Source: Clostridia bacterium (GTDB lineage Bacteria > Bacillota > Clostridia > Christensenellales > Aristaeellaceae). Taken from it: a stretch of 64,000 nt of DNA. The DNA is taken from assembly GCA_017473345.1 (NCBI GenBank), contig JAFULL010000042.1, positions 1,159 to 65,158 on the forward strand. The letters run 5' to 3'. Positions 45,945-55,198 of the stretch are shown here, in pieces (positions within the stretch are counted from its first letter, which is position 1; each line of letters opens with the position of its first letter). The notes under the pieces were generated by a model that worked only from the letters and a program-made list of their open reading frames with translations, was not told the origin of the DNA and searched no databases. The translations under genes and the position numbers were made by a program.

Positions 45945-46973
45945 ATGCTGAAAAAAAGATGGATGATTGCATCGCTCGTGCTTATCGGCGTATTGCTTTT
46001 CTGGATGCGCGGATGGATCGGGCAGGCAGCGGGTCAGCTTTTATGGGGAATGCTCACTGCCGTGGCAGCGCTGCCAGCAGCCAGGTGGCTGGAAAAGCGC
46101 ATGCCTGCTGGGGCAGCGGCAGCTCTTTCGCTGTTTGCACTGGCAGCGGGGGCGGCAGCCCTGATGATGCTGCTGGTTCCGCCATTGATAACACAGGCCA
46201 AAGAACTATCCGCTCTTCTTCCGGCATTGCGCGCAAAAACAGAAACAGCGCTGCAATATGCACATAACTGGATGGAAGGACACAACCTGCGCCTCAACCC
46301 GGGCATGCAAAACGCCGTTTTACTCAAAAGTCAGGAAGTGCTGACGACGGCAGCTTCCAGTTTGGCTCTGCGACTGGGAAATGCGGCTGGAAACCTGAGC
46401 AAATGGTTTTTGACGCCGGTGCTTGCCTTTTATTTTCTGCGCGACCGCCTGCAGATCGGCCAGTGGCTTAAAAGCCTGCTGCCGCTTGCATACCGTGAAC
46501 CGGCCGTATGGGTTGTGCGCGAAGTCAGACGGGAAACGGCAGGTTATCTGCGTGGGCAGCTGCTGGTATCGGCAGCCGTGGGAGCGGCGACCGCTGTGGG
46601 CTTGCTGCTGTGCGGTATCCCTTCATGGCTGGCGCTCGGGGCATTGATGGGCGTGCTGGAAATGATCCCTTATCTGGGGCCAGTTGCCGGAAGCACAGCA
46701 GTGGCGCTGTTTGCACTGCCATACGGCGCAGAGCGCACACTCTGGGCTTTGGCTGTGGTACTGCTTGTGCAGCAGCTGGAGGGCAGCCTGCTTTCGCCCC
46801 GGCTGGTGAGCGGTGCAACGCGGCTACATCCGTTGACGGTGGTGCTTTGCGTGATGATCGGCGGCGCTGCCGCCGGGGTCATGGGCGTGCTGTTTTCGGT
46901 GCCTCTGGCGCTTTGTGTACGGGCTGTTTTCCGGGTGGTCAGTCTTTTGCGCGTCGAGCGTCAGCGAATATGA
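45945..46973 (+). CDS. AI-2E family transporter (PerM/YhhT-like)
   Basis: 342 aa and multi-pass. The motif region LMGVLEMIPYLGP is typical of the family. Confidence 0.8.
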   Translation: MLKKRWMIASLVLIGVLLFWMRGWIGQAAGQLLWGMLTAVAALPAARWLEKRMPAGAAAALSLFALAAGAAALMMLLVPPLITQAKELSALLPALRAKTETALQYAHNWMEGHNLRLNPGMQNAVLLKSQEVLTTAASSLALRLGNAAGNLSKWFLTPVLAFYFLRDRLQIGQWLKSLLPLAYREPAVWVVREVRRETAGYLRGQLLVSAAVGAATAVGLLLCGIPSWLALGALMGVLEMIPYLGPVAGSTAVALFALPYGAERTLWALAVVLLVQQLEGSLLSPRLVSGATRLHPLTVVLCVMIGGAAAGVMGVLFSVPLALCVRAVFRVVSLLRVERQRI

Positions 46974-47046
46974 AAAAGGCTTTTCAAAGCAGTAAAATTG
47001 GTGTATAATGAATTCTGTATTACCCATGTGAGGGGAGGAATCCGCC

Positions 47047-47307
47047 ATGACGGATATGAACGGCACCACGAAATTCTCGCCAGTCGTGGAAGGCGGCAGC
47101 GATGCAAGCACGATTTTGAATCATGTGTACCGCGCCCTGCAGGCCAAGGGCTATGACCCTGTAACCCAGCTGGTCGGTTATCTGATCTCCGGCGATCCCA
47201 CCTATATCACCAGCTATGGTCAGGCGCGCAGCATGATCTGCCGTCTGGAGCGCGACGAGATCATGGAGGAGCTCGTGCGGGTTTACCTGCAGGGGCTGGA
47301 CGGCTGA
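47047..47307 (+). CDS. ireB: IreB family regulatory phosphoprotein (UPF0297)
   Basis: 86 aa. [22 protein letters not shown] is the hallmark of UPF0297. It lies directly upstream of ruvX, as in other Firmicutes. Confidence 0.85.
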   Translation: MTDMNGTTKFSPVVEGGSDASTILNHVYRALQAKGYDPVTQLVGYLISGDPTYITSYGQARSMICRLERDEIMEELVRVYLQGLDG

Positions 47308-47308
47308 T

Positions 47309-47722
47309 ATGGCCGGCCGTGTGATTGCGCTGGACGTGGGCGACGTGCGCATCGGCGTAGCCGTCAGCGACCCCACGGGTACCATCGCCCAGCCGCTGGA
47401 AGTGTACAAGCGCGTGGGTTATGGCCCTGACAGCCGCTACGTCAAGGCGCTTTGCGAAAAATACGGCACGCAGGACGTGCTGCTTGGCCTGCCGCTGAAC
47501 ATGGACGGCTCGCTTGGCCCGCAGGCGCAGAAGGCGCAGGCTTTTGGTCAGGTGCTGGCCGACATGGGGCTCAAGGTATTCTATCAGGATGAACGCATGA
47601 CCACCGTCACAGCCGAGCAGGTGCTTATCAGCGGAAGCGTGCGCCGCGAGGACCGCAAACGCTACGTGGACAAGCTGGCGGCAGCGGTGATTCTGGAACA
47701 ATGGCTGGCTTCGCAAAGCTAG
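47309..47722 (+). CDS. ruvX: Holliday junction resolvase-like RuvX (YqgF)
   Basis: N-terminus VIALDVGDVRIGVAVSD and motif DERMTT. Confidence 0.9.
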   Translation: MAGRVIALDVGDVRIGVAVSDPTGTIAQPLEVYKRVGYGPDSRYVKALCEKYGTQDVLLGLPLNMDGSLGPQAQKAQAFGQVLADMGLKVFYQDERMTTVTAEQVLISGSVRREDRKRYVDKLAAAVILEQWLASQS

Positions 47723-47739
47723 CAGAAAGAGGAAAAACC

Positions 47740-48060
47740 ATGGAAGAGAACAACAATCTGATCCAGCTTCAGGATGAAAACGGCAACGAGATCAACTTTG
47801 AACATCTGATGACCGTCGAGTACGAAGGCAGCTACTATGTTGTGCTCGAGGCCACCGAAGACGCCGACGACTGCAAGGAAGGCGAAGCCATCATCCTTAA
47901 GATCATCCGCGACGACGAAAGCGGCGAAGACGTGTACGCCACCATCGAGGACGAGGCGGAGTTCAACGCTGTGTTTGACCGCGTGATGGAGATCATGGAA
48001 GAGGAAGACGAAGCGGCCGCGCTGGAGCTGGAAGTGCTCGACGGCGAGGACGAGGAGTAA
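47740..48060 (+). CDS. DUF1292 family protein
   Basis: Acidic protein of about 106 aa (..LQDENGNEINFEHLMTVEYEGSYYVVL..). Conserved position after ruvX. Confidence 0.75.
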   Translation: MEENNNLIQLQDENGNEINFEHLMTVEYEGSYYVVLEATEDADDCKEGEAIILKIIRDDESGEDVYATIEDEAEFNAVFDRVMEIMEEEDEAAALELEVLDGEDEE

Positions 48061-48063
48061 GGA

Positions 48064-48606
48064 ATGCCGCAGTTGATCGGCCAGCGCATCATGCTGCGCG
48101 AGTACCGCTCGGAGGATATCCACGCCATTCGCAGCTGGGTCAACGACGCGCAGACCACGCGTTATCTGTCTACGCGGTTCTGGCCGCCGCAGACCGAGGT
48201 CGACAGCCAGGAATTCCTTTCCCGCATGCTGCAAAGCAGCCACAATGCATACAACTTTGTGATCGCGGATCTGGAAGGCAACTACATCGGTCAGCTGGAT
48301 CTGTTCCGGCTGGACTGGCGGCTGCGCCTGGGGGAACTGGGCATGGTGATCGCCCGCCGCGAGGATCGCGGGCAGGGCATTGGTCAGGAAGCGCTCGGAC
48401 TTTTGCAGCGCTTTGCCTTTCGCACGCTCGGGCTGGAACGGCTGGAGCTGGAAGTGCATATGGACAATGCTGCCGCACTGGCCTGCTACCGCCGCGCCGG
48501 TTTTACGCTGGAGGGCGTCAAACGCCATGCTTTCTTTACCGACGGACATTTCTGCGATATTGGCATGATGAGCATCCTTCGGGACGAATATGAGGCGCGC
48601 AGCTGA
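48064..48606 (+). CDS. GNAT family N-acetyltransferase (RimJ/RimL-like)
   Basis: 180 aa. Acetyl-CoA loop RGQGIGQEAL and C-terminal AGFTLEGVKR. Confidence 0.8.
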   Translation: MPQLIGQRIMLREYRSEDIHAIRSWVNDAQTTRYLSTRFWPPQTEVDSQEFLSRMLQSSHNAYNFVIADLEGNYIGQLDLFRLDWRLRLGELGMVIARREDRGQGIGQEALGLLQRFAFRTLGLERLELEVHMDNAAALACYRRAGFTLEGVKRHAFFTDGHFCDIGMMSILRDEYEARS

Positions 48607-48635
48607 CACCAACGCCCTTTTCAAGGCATAATGTG

Positions 48636-48670
48636 AACCATCCCGAAAAATGCTTTTTGGGATGGTTTTC
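48636..48670 (+). terminator. Rho-independent terminator
   Basis: aaccatccc / gggatggtt with a 14-nt loop, followed by a T-rich tract. Confidence 0.65.
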
Positions 48671-48777
48671 TTCTTTATTCTGCAGCGAAAACTGTCGGGG
48701 ATTGACTTTATTGCCTTCAATCGGATAGAATAGAGCCCTGCGGTGCGAAAAGCCCGCATGAGTGGAGGGAATTCAGT

Positions 48778-50094
48778 ATGGGAAAGATCGTGACCAAGTT
48801 TGGAGGCAGCTCCCTGTCGGATGCAAGCCAGTTTCAGAAGGTCAAATCGATTCTTGATATGGATAAGCGGCGCTGCTATGTAGTGCCCAGCGCCCCCGGC
48901 CGGCGCTTTGACGGTGACGACAAGATCACCGACCTGCTGTACCAGAGCTATCATCTGGTGCAGGACGGCAAGGACTTCAAGCCTGTTTTTGAAAAGATCC
49001 GCGAGCGTTTCGTGGGCATCAAGCAGGAACTGGGCCTTGAAATCGACATCAGCGAATACCTGGACGAGGTCGAAAAGGATATCGCTTCCGGCGCCAGCGC
49101 CGACTACTGCGCCAGCCGCGGCGAGTATCTCAACGGTCTGCTGCTGGCCGACTATCTGGGCTTTATGTTCCTTGATCCCAAGGACTTTATCTTCTTCAAC
49201 AAGAACGGCACTTTCAACAGCGAGCGCACCAATGATGCGCTGACCGCTCTTTTGAAGTACTGCCAGAAGGCCGTTATTCCCGGCTTCTATGGCAGCCTTG
49301 ACGAGGAGATCCATACTTTCTCCCGCGGCGGCAGCGACATCAGCGGCGCTATCGTTGCCCGCGCTGCCAAGGCGGAAATGTATGAAAACTGGACCGACGT
49401 CAGCGGCTTCCTGATGGCGGACCCCCGTGTGGTGCCGGGCGCAAAGGGCATTTCCAACGTGACGTACCGCGAACTGCGCGAGCTGTCCTACATGGGCGCG
49501 AGCGTGCTGCATGAAGACAGCGTGTTCCCTGTGCATCGTGCCGGCATCCCCACCAACATCCGCAACACCAACGCGCCGGATGATCCGGGCACCTACATTT
49601 CCCACACCATGCCCGACGACGAAAATCCCGACGTTATCACAGGCGTGGCCGGCAAACTGGGCTTCAGCGTCATCTCGGTGGAAAAGGCCATGATGAACGT
49701 GGAGCACGGCTTTGGCCGCCGCGTGCTGCAGGCGATCGAGGAAAACAACCTGTCCTTTGAGCATATGCCTACCGGCATCGACACGCTGTGTGTAGTCGTT
49801 GCGACCGCTGATCTGGAGCCTGTGCGCCAGTCGGTCATCAACCGCATCGTGGAGCTCACCAATCCCGACACGCTCACCATTCACGACGACATGGGCATCA
49901 TTGCCACCGTCGGCCGCGGCATGGTGCACAATCCCGGTACGGCTGCGCGTCTGTTTATGGCGCTGAGCAGCGCTCACGTCAACGTTCGCATGATCGACCA
50001 GGGCAGCAGCGAGCTGAGCATTCTGGTCGGTGTTGACAGCGCGGATTTCCAGCCTGCCATCCGTGCCATCTACCATGAGTTCGTGAAGGACTGA
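48778..50094 (+). CDS. Aspartate kinase
   Basis: N-terminus IVTKFGGSSL (amino-acid kinase fold) and C-terminal ACT-type regions. 438 aa. Confidence 0.8.
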   Translation: MGKIVTKFGGSSLSDASQFQKVKSILDMDKRRCYVVPSAPGRRFDGDDKITDLLYQSYHLVQDGKDFKPVFEKIRERFVGIKQELGLEIDISEYLDEVEKDIASGASADYCASRGEYLNGLLLADYLGFMFLDPKDFIFFNKNGTFNSERTNDALTALLKYCQKAVIPGFYGSLDEEIHTFSRGGSDISGAIVARAAKAEMYENWTDVSGFLMADPRVVPGAKGISNVTYRELRELSYMGASVLHEDSVFPVHRAGIPTNIRNTNAPDDPGTYISHTMPDDENPDVITGVAGKLGFSVISVEKAMMNVEHGFGRRVLQAIEENNLSFEHMPTGIDTLCVVVATADLEPVRQSVINRIVELTNPDTLTIHDDMGIIATVGRGMVHNPGTAARLFMALSSAHVNVRMIDQGSSELSILVGVDSADFQPAIRAIYHEFVKD

Positions 50095-50119
50095 CCTGAT
50101 TGTCGGGAGAGAAGAACCA

Positions 50120-51727
50120 ATGAAGTTTTTCGGCCTGAAACAAGTGCAGACCAGCTGGCGGAGCCGCGCGCATTGCGTGTGGTTCCGCCTGTGCATGGTC
50201 TGCCTTTCTGTGTATATTGCCTACATCACATACTTTGCGCACAGCAGCGCGTTTGTCAGCCCGGGAAAGACCGCTCTGGCCATCGTATGCTTCCTTCTGC
50301 TGAGCGCAGGCGTATATCTGCTGCTGGACAGGGCGACGGCATGGCTGTGCAGCTGTGGACTGAGTGGCAAACAGCATGCCAGGATCGACCTGCGCGTGCT
50401 TGCAGCAGCGTTTGCGATTGCACTGGTCATCTTTGGCTGTGCATTTGCGGCGTGCTATCCGGGTGGCGTCAATTATGACATTTCCAACCAGTGGCGGCAG
50501 GCGCACAGCGGTGAGTTCAACAACTGGCATCCGCTGATGCATACGCTGATCCTGTGGGCACTTACGCAGGTTATCGACCGTTATCCGTTCGTGCTGCTGG
50601 TGCAGATCGTGCTGTTTTCTGCAGCATTTGCGTATCTGACGGCTGTGCTGCACAAGCGGGGCGTGCCTGCATGGCTGGCGCTGACGGCCGAGTGCCTGGT
50701 GGCGCTTTCGTCTCCTGTGCGCGGCACACTGATGTATGCCGGCAAGGACAGCGCAATGACCATCGGCGTGCTGCTGCTCAGCGCGTGGACGGTGGAGATG
50801 CTGTTTTCGAACGGGGAATGGCTGAAAAAGCCGTTTCATATTATCCTGCTTGGCGTTGCGCTGGCGCTGACGACCCTTTTGCGCCATAACGCCATGATGT
50901 GGACGTATGTGCTGATTGTATGCATTTTCTTCTGCTTCAAGGCTTGCAGAAAGGCCGCTGTGCTGGCGGCTGCTATGATGGTCATCCTGCTTGTGCTGAT
51001 TCAGGGCCCTCTGTTCGGCTGTCTGAATGTGGTGTATCCCGATAATTTCGTGGATGAGAGCATGGGTATCCCCATGACCATTCTGGCGGATACCAAAGTA
51101 CAGCAGCCTGAAAAGCTGGACGGGGAGACCAATGCCTTCCTCGCGACGCTGGCCACTGATGAAGAATGGCAGACCACGTATCGGCTGCACAATTACAACA
51201 GCATCAAATTCACCTTTGACCGTGAATATGTTGCGCGCAAGCCGCTGGCAGACATCCTTTCCATGACGGCCCGTACAGCGATGGCAGCTCCGCGTATTGC
51301 TTTTGAAGCCTTTAACGGCCTGACGGATCTGGTGTGGGATATTACCGGCCAGAATGAAAGCACAATCAGCGTGCGCAATTCTGGTGATATTCCCGAAGAA
51401 GCGGTCGGCAATGCAACGCTTAACGGACTGGGCGGAAGGATTGTAAAGCTGTTTGACAGTTTTACTTCAATCCCGCCGCTTGCATGGTTGACGCAGAACG
51501 TAGGCGTACAGCAGCTGCTGCTGTTGCTGGTCACGCTGTGGGCGCTGCGCCGACATGGTGTAAAGGTACTTGTTCTGACGCTTCCCACGCTGCTGTATGA
51601 TCTGGGCACGATGATGCTGCTGGCCAGCAACGACGCCCGTTTTTTCCAGTTTTCAATGACAATCGCATTGCCCATGATGCTGGCGATGCTCTTTGTACCA
51701 AGAGAGGAACATGACGTATGCAGGTAA
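50120..51727 (+). CDS. Polytopic membrane protein, GT-C-fold-like (DUF6020-like), function unknown
   Basis: 535 aa with many TM segments and one large extracytoplasmic loop (about residues 300-440). The family name is from memory and unverified. Confidence 0.55.
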   Translation: MKFFGLKQVQTSWRSRAHCVWFRLCMVCLSVYIAYITYFAHSSAFVSPGKTALAIVCFLLLSAGVYLLLDRATAWLCSCGLSGKQHARIDLRVLAAAFAIALVIFGCAFAACYPGGVNYDISNQWRQAHSGEFNNWHPLMHTLILWALTQVIDRYPFVLLVQIVLFSAAFAYLTAVLHKRGVPAWLALTAECLVALSSPVRGTLMYAGKDSAMTIGVLLLSAWTVEMLFSNGEWLKKPFHIILLGVALALTTLLRHNAMMWTYVLIVCIFFCFKACRKAAVLAAAMMVILLVLIQGPLFGCLNVVYPDNFVDESMGIPMTILADTKVQQPEKLDGETNAFLATLATDEEWQTTYRLHNYNSIKFTFDREYVARKPLADILSMTARTAMAAPRIAFEAFNGLTDLVWDITGQNESTISVRNSGDIPEEAVGNATLNGLGGRIVKLFDSFTSIPPLAWLTQNVGVQQLLLLLVTLWALRRHGVKVLVLTLPTLLYDLGTMMLLASNDARFFQFSMTIALPMMLAMLFVPREEHDVCR

Positions 51728-52476
51728 CACTTCAGATGCTTTTGACGGTTTGTCCGCTGGCGCTTCTGGCGGGCTTTGTGGATTCCATTGCCGGCGGCGG
51801 CGGACTGATCTCCCTGCCGGCTTACTACCTGGCCGGTCTGCCTGCGACAGTGGCGGCTGGTACCAACAAGCTCTCTGCATGCATGGGCACGGTGCTTGCT
51901 ACCGGCAGTTATGCCAGAGCGGGCTGCATTGAAAAGCGCATCGGCCTGTGGAGCGCGGTCGGTTCTTTTGTCGCCAGCGTGATCGGCGTGCTGATCATGA
52001 AGCAGCTGTCCGACGAAGCGGTGCGCGTGCTGGTGATGTGCTGCCTGCCGGTTGCCGCCATTTTCACCCTTCGCGGTCACGGTAAGGTGGAACGCAAAGT
52101 GATGGAGACTGCGCGTGAAGCGGTGCTGGCGCTGCTGATCGGTCTGCTGATCGGTTTCTACGACGGCCTTGTCGGCCCCGGCACAGGCACGTTCCTCATT
52201 CTGTTCTTTGTGAATGTCTTCGGTCTGGAGGATGTGATGGCCAGCGGCACGTCCAAGGTAACCAATCTCAGCAGCAACATCGCCGCACTTACCAGCCTGC
52301 TCATTTCCGGCGACGTGCTGTGGATGCTGGGCCTGCCTGCCGGAATCTGCGCCATGACCGGCGCAGCGATCGGCAGCCGCATGACCATCCGCAAGGGTTC
52401 TAAATTTATTCGCGGAATGATGTTATTTGTTTTGACATTACTTCTTGTCAAAATGATTACGGATATGTTACAATAA
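51718..52476 (+). CDS. Sulfite exporter TauE/SafE family membrane protein
   Basis: 252 aa. Duplicated motif region (GFVDSIAGGGGLISLP.. and ..GFYDGLVGPGTG). Overlaps the upstream gene by 10 nt. Confidence 0.8.
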   Translation: MQVTLQMLLTVCPLALLAGFVDSIAGGGGLISLPAYYLAGLPATVAAGTNKLSACMGTVLATGSYARAGCIEKRIGLWSAVGSFVASVIGVLIMKQLSDEAVRVLVMCCLPVAAIFTLRGHGKVERKVMETAREAVLALLIGLLIGFYDGLVGPGTGTFLILFFVNVFGLEDVMASGTSKVTNLSSNIAALTSLLISGDVLWMLGLPAGICAMTGAAIGSRMTIRKGSKFIRGMMLFVLTLLLVKMITDMLQ

Positions 52477-52516
52477 AAAATGGGTCTGACCAGATGTTTT
52501 TTGGAGGTGCTTGCAG

Positions 52517-52906
52517 ATGGATCGTACGGATGCGATGAAGGACATTCGTCTGACCATTCCGGCCGACAAGGCCTATACGCCTGTGGCGACGCTTGCTTTG
52601 AGCGGCCTTGGCATGACAGCGGGGCTGGATGTGGATCTGCTGGGCGATCTGCGCACGATTGTGTGCGAGTGCATGGACTGTCTGATGCATCAGGCCGGAA
52701 AACCCGAATCGATCGATATGGTTGCCGGTGTTGCCAGCGGCCGTCTGCGCGTGCGGTTTGATGCAAAGGAACGCAGCCGCATTCAGGAGGATGATCCGCT
52801 GGGGCTGGAGATCACCCGGGGCGTGCTGGAAACGCTGATGCCCTGTGTTGAACTCATCACCGATGCTGATGGTGTGCATGGCATTGAATGCTCCATGCCT
52901 GTGTGA
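52517..52906 (+). CDS. SpoIIAB/RsbW-like anti-sigma factor homolog with degenerate ATP-binding boxes
   Basis: The N-terminal pattern IRLTIPADKAYTPVATLALSG...LRTIVCECMDCLMH aligns by eye with SpoIIAB. No N-box Asn, DxGxG or GxGxG is recognisable. It lies directly upstream of the sigma gene. Confidence 0.5.
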   Translation: MDRTDAMKDIRLTIPADKAYTPVATLALSGLGMTAGLDVDLLGDLRTIVCECMDCLMHQAGKPESIDMVAGVASGRLRVRFDAKERSRIQEDDPLGLEITRGVLETLMPCVELITDADGVHGIECSMPV

Positions 52907-52914
52907 GGGCCGCC

Positions 52915-53649
52915 ATGAACGATGAAGTGTTGATCCCAATGCTGGAAAGCTATGCGCGCAGCCGGGATACAGCGCTGCGCGATCAGCTGCTGGAGCAGTA
53001 TCTGCCGCTTTCACGGGCTGTGGCACGCAAGTTTGCGGGCCGCGGCGTGGAACTGGAAGATCTGGAGCAGGTGGCCGCCATGGCGCTTCTCAAAGCGCTT
53101 GAACGCTTTGAACCGGACCGCGGCTATCGCTTTGTAACCTATGCTGTGCCCACGATCACCGGTGATCTGCGCAATTATCTGCGCGACAAGGGCGGCCTGA
53201 TGCGCATGCCCCGCGATTCGCGCCAGCGCCTGTATCAGCTTTCGCGTGAACAGGAAGCCTTTGAACGTGAACATCTGCGTGCGCCCAATGCCGAGGAGCT
53301 GGCAGCGCGCATGCAGATCACCCCGGAAGAACTGCTCACCCTGCTTACCCTTCGAAGCCAAAGCGGCTATGTGTCGCTGGATACGCCGGTGGGGGAAGAG
53401 GGCGACACCGTGCTGCAGGACATGATCGGCTCGTCGGAGAACGGGTACGAACGCATGGAACGCAGTGAATGGATGCAATGGATATTGTCCAAGGTAAATG
53501 ATACGGAGCGTGAGCTCCTGCTTTTGCGCTATCGGGATGGATTGGGTCAGCGCGACACGGCCAAACGCATGGGTGTGTCGCAGATGCAGATTTCCCGTCT
53601 GGAAAGGCGCGTTTTGAGCCGTCTGCGCGCCATGGAACAGCAGGCCTGA
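52915..53649 (+). CDS. RNA polymerase sigma factor, SigB/SigF/SigG subfamily
   Basis: Region 2 (DLEQVAAMALLKALERFEPDRGYRFVTYAVPTITGDLRNYLRD) and region 4 HTH (QRDTAKRMGVSQMQISRLERRVL). Confidence 0.85.
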   Translation: MNDEVLIPMLESYARSRDTALRDQLLEQYLPLSRAVARKFAGRGVELEDLEQVAAMALLKALERFEPDRGYRFVTYAVPTITGDLRNYLRDKGGLMRMPRDSRQRLYQLSREQEAFEREHLRAPNAEELAARMQITPEELLTLLTLRSQSGYVSLDTPVGEEGDTVLQDMIGSSENGYERMERSEWMQWILSKVNDTERELLLLRYRDGLGQRDTAKRMGVSQMQISRLERRVLSRLRAMEQQA

Positions 53650-53673
53650 CAGCGGCAACCTGAAAGGAAGTGA

Positions 53674-55185
53674 ATGCGCGTGCAGTCGGATCCCAATCAG
53701 CCTCAGGGCCCTTTTTATCCGCCTGAGTGGCAGCAACAGCAGCCGGTTCAGCAGCCAATGCAGCAGCCGTGGCCGCAGCAGGGCCAGCCCCAGTGGCAGC
53801 CGGACCCGATGCAGTGGCAGCAGCCCTATCAGCAGCAGCCATACATGCAGCAGCCTTATCAGCAGCTGACGCCGGAGCAGATCCAGCAGATGCAGTATGA
53901 GGCCTATATGCAGCAGTCGCCGCAGATGCCTACCATGCAGCAGCCTGTGCAGCAGGATACCAAACGCAGGCGCAAACCCCAAAAGAGCAATCCCGGTGGC
54001 AGCGGCCCCGTATGGTGGAAGACTGCGCTGGCGCTGGCAGTGATCGCTGGCGTGGCATGGTTTTTCCTCAAGGATATGATCGGTGCGCCACAGCTGAATA
54101 CCGCAACTGTTGAAATGGGCACGCTGGGCGAAACGCATGCCGGCGACGCCCTGATCGTCAGGAACGAAACCGCCTTCGATGATGAAGGCGTTCAGAACAT
54201 TGAATACGTTGCCCAGGAGGGCAGCGTGGTGTATCGCGGCGACGTAATCTGCTATGTGTATTCCACCGGTTACAGCACCAAGGAAATGACCACTTTGCAG
54301 GATTACCGCGATCAGATCAAAAACTATCAGCAGACGCTTCTCAAGAGCGAAACAGCCTACGACCAGAAGATGACCCGCCTGGAAAGCGAAGCACTGCAGC
54401 GCGGACTGGAAGTGCGCAGCCTTGTGCAGGGCGCGCGCGGCAATCTGAGCAATCAGGAAGCTATTCTGAAAACGGCCATCACGCAGCGTCAGAGCTATTT
54501 CCGCAGCAAGTATTCCAGCGATATGCGCCTCAACCGTCTGTACGACGACGAAAGCACGCAGCAGCAGCGCATTGACAGCTGGATCAAGCAGAAGGTGGCC
54601 ACGCAGGAAAGCATCGTCAGCTTCTATACTGACGGCTATGAGTATGCGCTTACCCCTGCTGAATATGAAAAGTACACCCCTTCTCAGGTGCGCGACATGA
54701 TCAATGGTCAGAAGCCTGAGACATCCACCGCTGCGCGCGGCCGTACCGACCTGTACCGTCTGGTCAGGCAGAACAACTATGCCGTGCTCATGCTTGTGAA
54801 GGACAGCAACTGGAACCCTGTGGAAGGCACCACCTACAAGCTGGTGCTGGAGCAGTTTTCCAACACCGTGGTCGACGCACAGGTCATTTCCTTCACGCGC
54901 TCCGGCGGCGAACTGCTGCTGCGACTGGCCGTTATCGGCGATGTATCGGACGTGCTGTACATGCGCACCTGCTCGGCACAGCTGGGCGAGTATGTAGACT
55001 GCCTCAAGGTGCCTGCCAGCGCGCTGTATGTCAAGAACGAAACGCAGGGCGTTGTGCTTGTGACGGAGGAAAATCAGGTGTTTGTGCCGGTGAAGGTGCT
55101 TCGTCAGGAAGGCGGAGAGGCCTATATTTCGCCTGTGCAGACCGGCACGCTCTCCATCGGTCATACCGTACGACTGTTCAAGTAA
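53674..55185 (+). CDS. HlyD-family-like membrane-fusion protein with Q/P-rich cytoplasmic N-terminus
   Basis: About 105 aa of Q/P-rich low complexity, one TM helix (WKTALALAVIAGVAWFF), then barrel-sandwich, coiled-coil and beta-barrel pattern. Confidence 0.65.
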   Translation: MRVQSDPNQPQGPFYPPEWQQQQPVQQPMQQPWPQQGQPQWQPDPMQWQQPYQQQPYMQQPYQQLTPEQIQQMQYEAYMQQSPQMPTMQQPVQQDTKRRRKPQKSNPGGSGPVWWKTALALAVIAGVAWFFLKDMIGAPQLNTATVEMGTLGETHAGDALIVRNETAFDDEGVQNIEYVAQEGSVVYRGDVICYVYSTGYSTKEMTTLQDYRDQIKNYQQTLLKSETAYDQKMTRLESEALQRGLEVRSLVQGARGNLSNQEAILKTAITQRQSYFRSKYSSDMRLNRLYDDESTQQQRIDSWIKQKVATQESIVSFYTDGYEYALTPAEYEKYTPSQVRDMINGQKPETSTAARGRTDLYRLVRQNNYAVLMLVKDSNWNPVEGTTYKLVLEQFSNTVVDAQVISFTRSGGELLLRLAVIGDVSDVLYMRTCSAQLGEYVDCLKVPASALYVKNETQGVVLVTEENQVFVPVKVLRQEGGEAYISPVQTGTLSIGHTVRLFK

Positions 55186-55198
55186 CGAGGTAGAGAAA

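Noticed and set aside
48671-48777. Possible lysine riboswitch (L-box) upstream of aspartate kinase.
   Set aside because: With the TTGACT-18-TAGAAT promoter at 48702-48731 the leader is only about 45 nt, too short for an L-box. No L-box conserved segments were seen.
47719-50196. Other very long antisense ORFs in the track: 96..1925, 2085..3443, 3217..4944, 4815..5987, 20741..22786, 23531..24958, 29449..30879, 32427..34154, 35537..37150, 41392..43083, 47719..50196, 53011..55164 and 55529..57319.
   Set aside because: The same reasoning applies. Each overlaps a sense-strand gene with clear family motifs and a proper RBS. Their products are R/H/A/G/Q-rich low-complexity strings without motifs.
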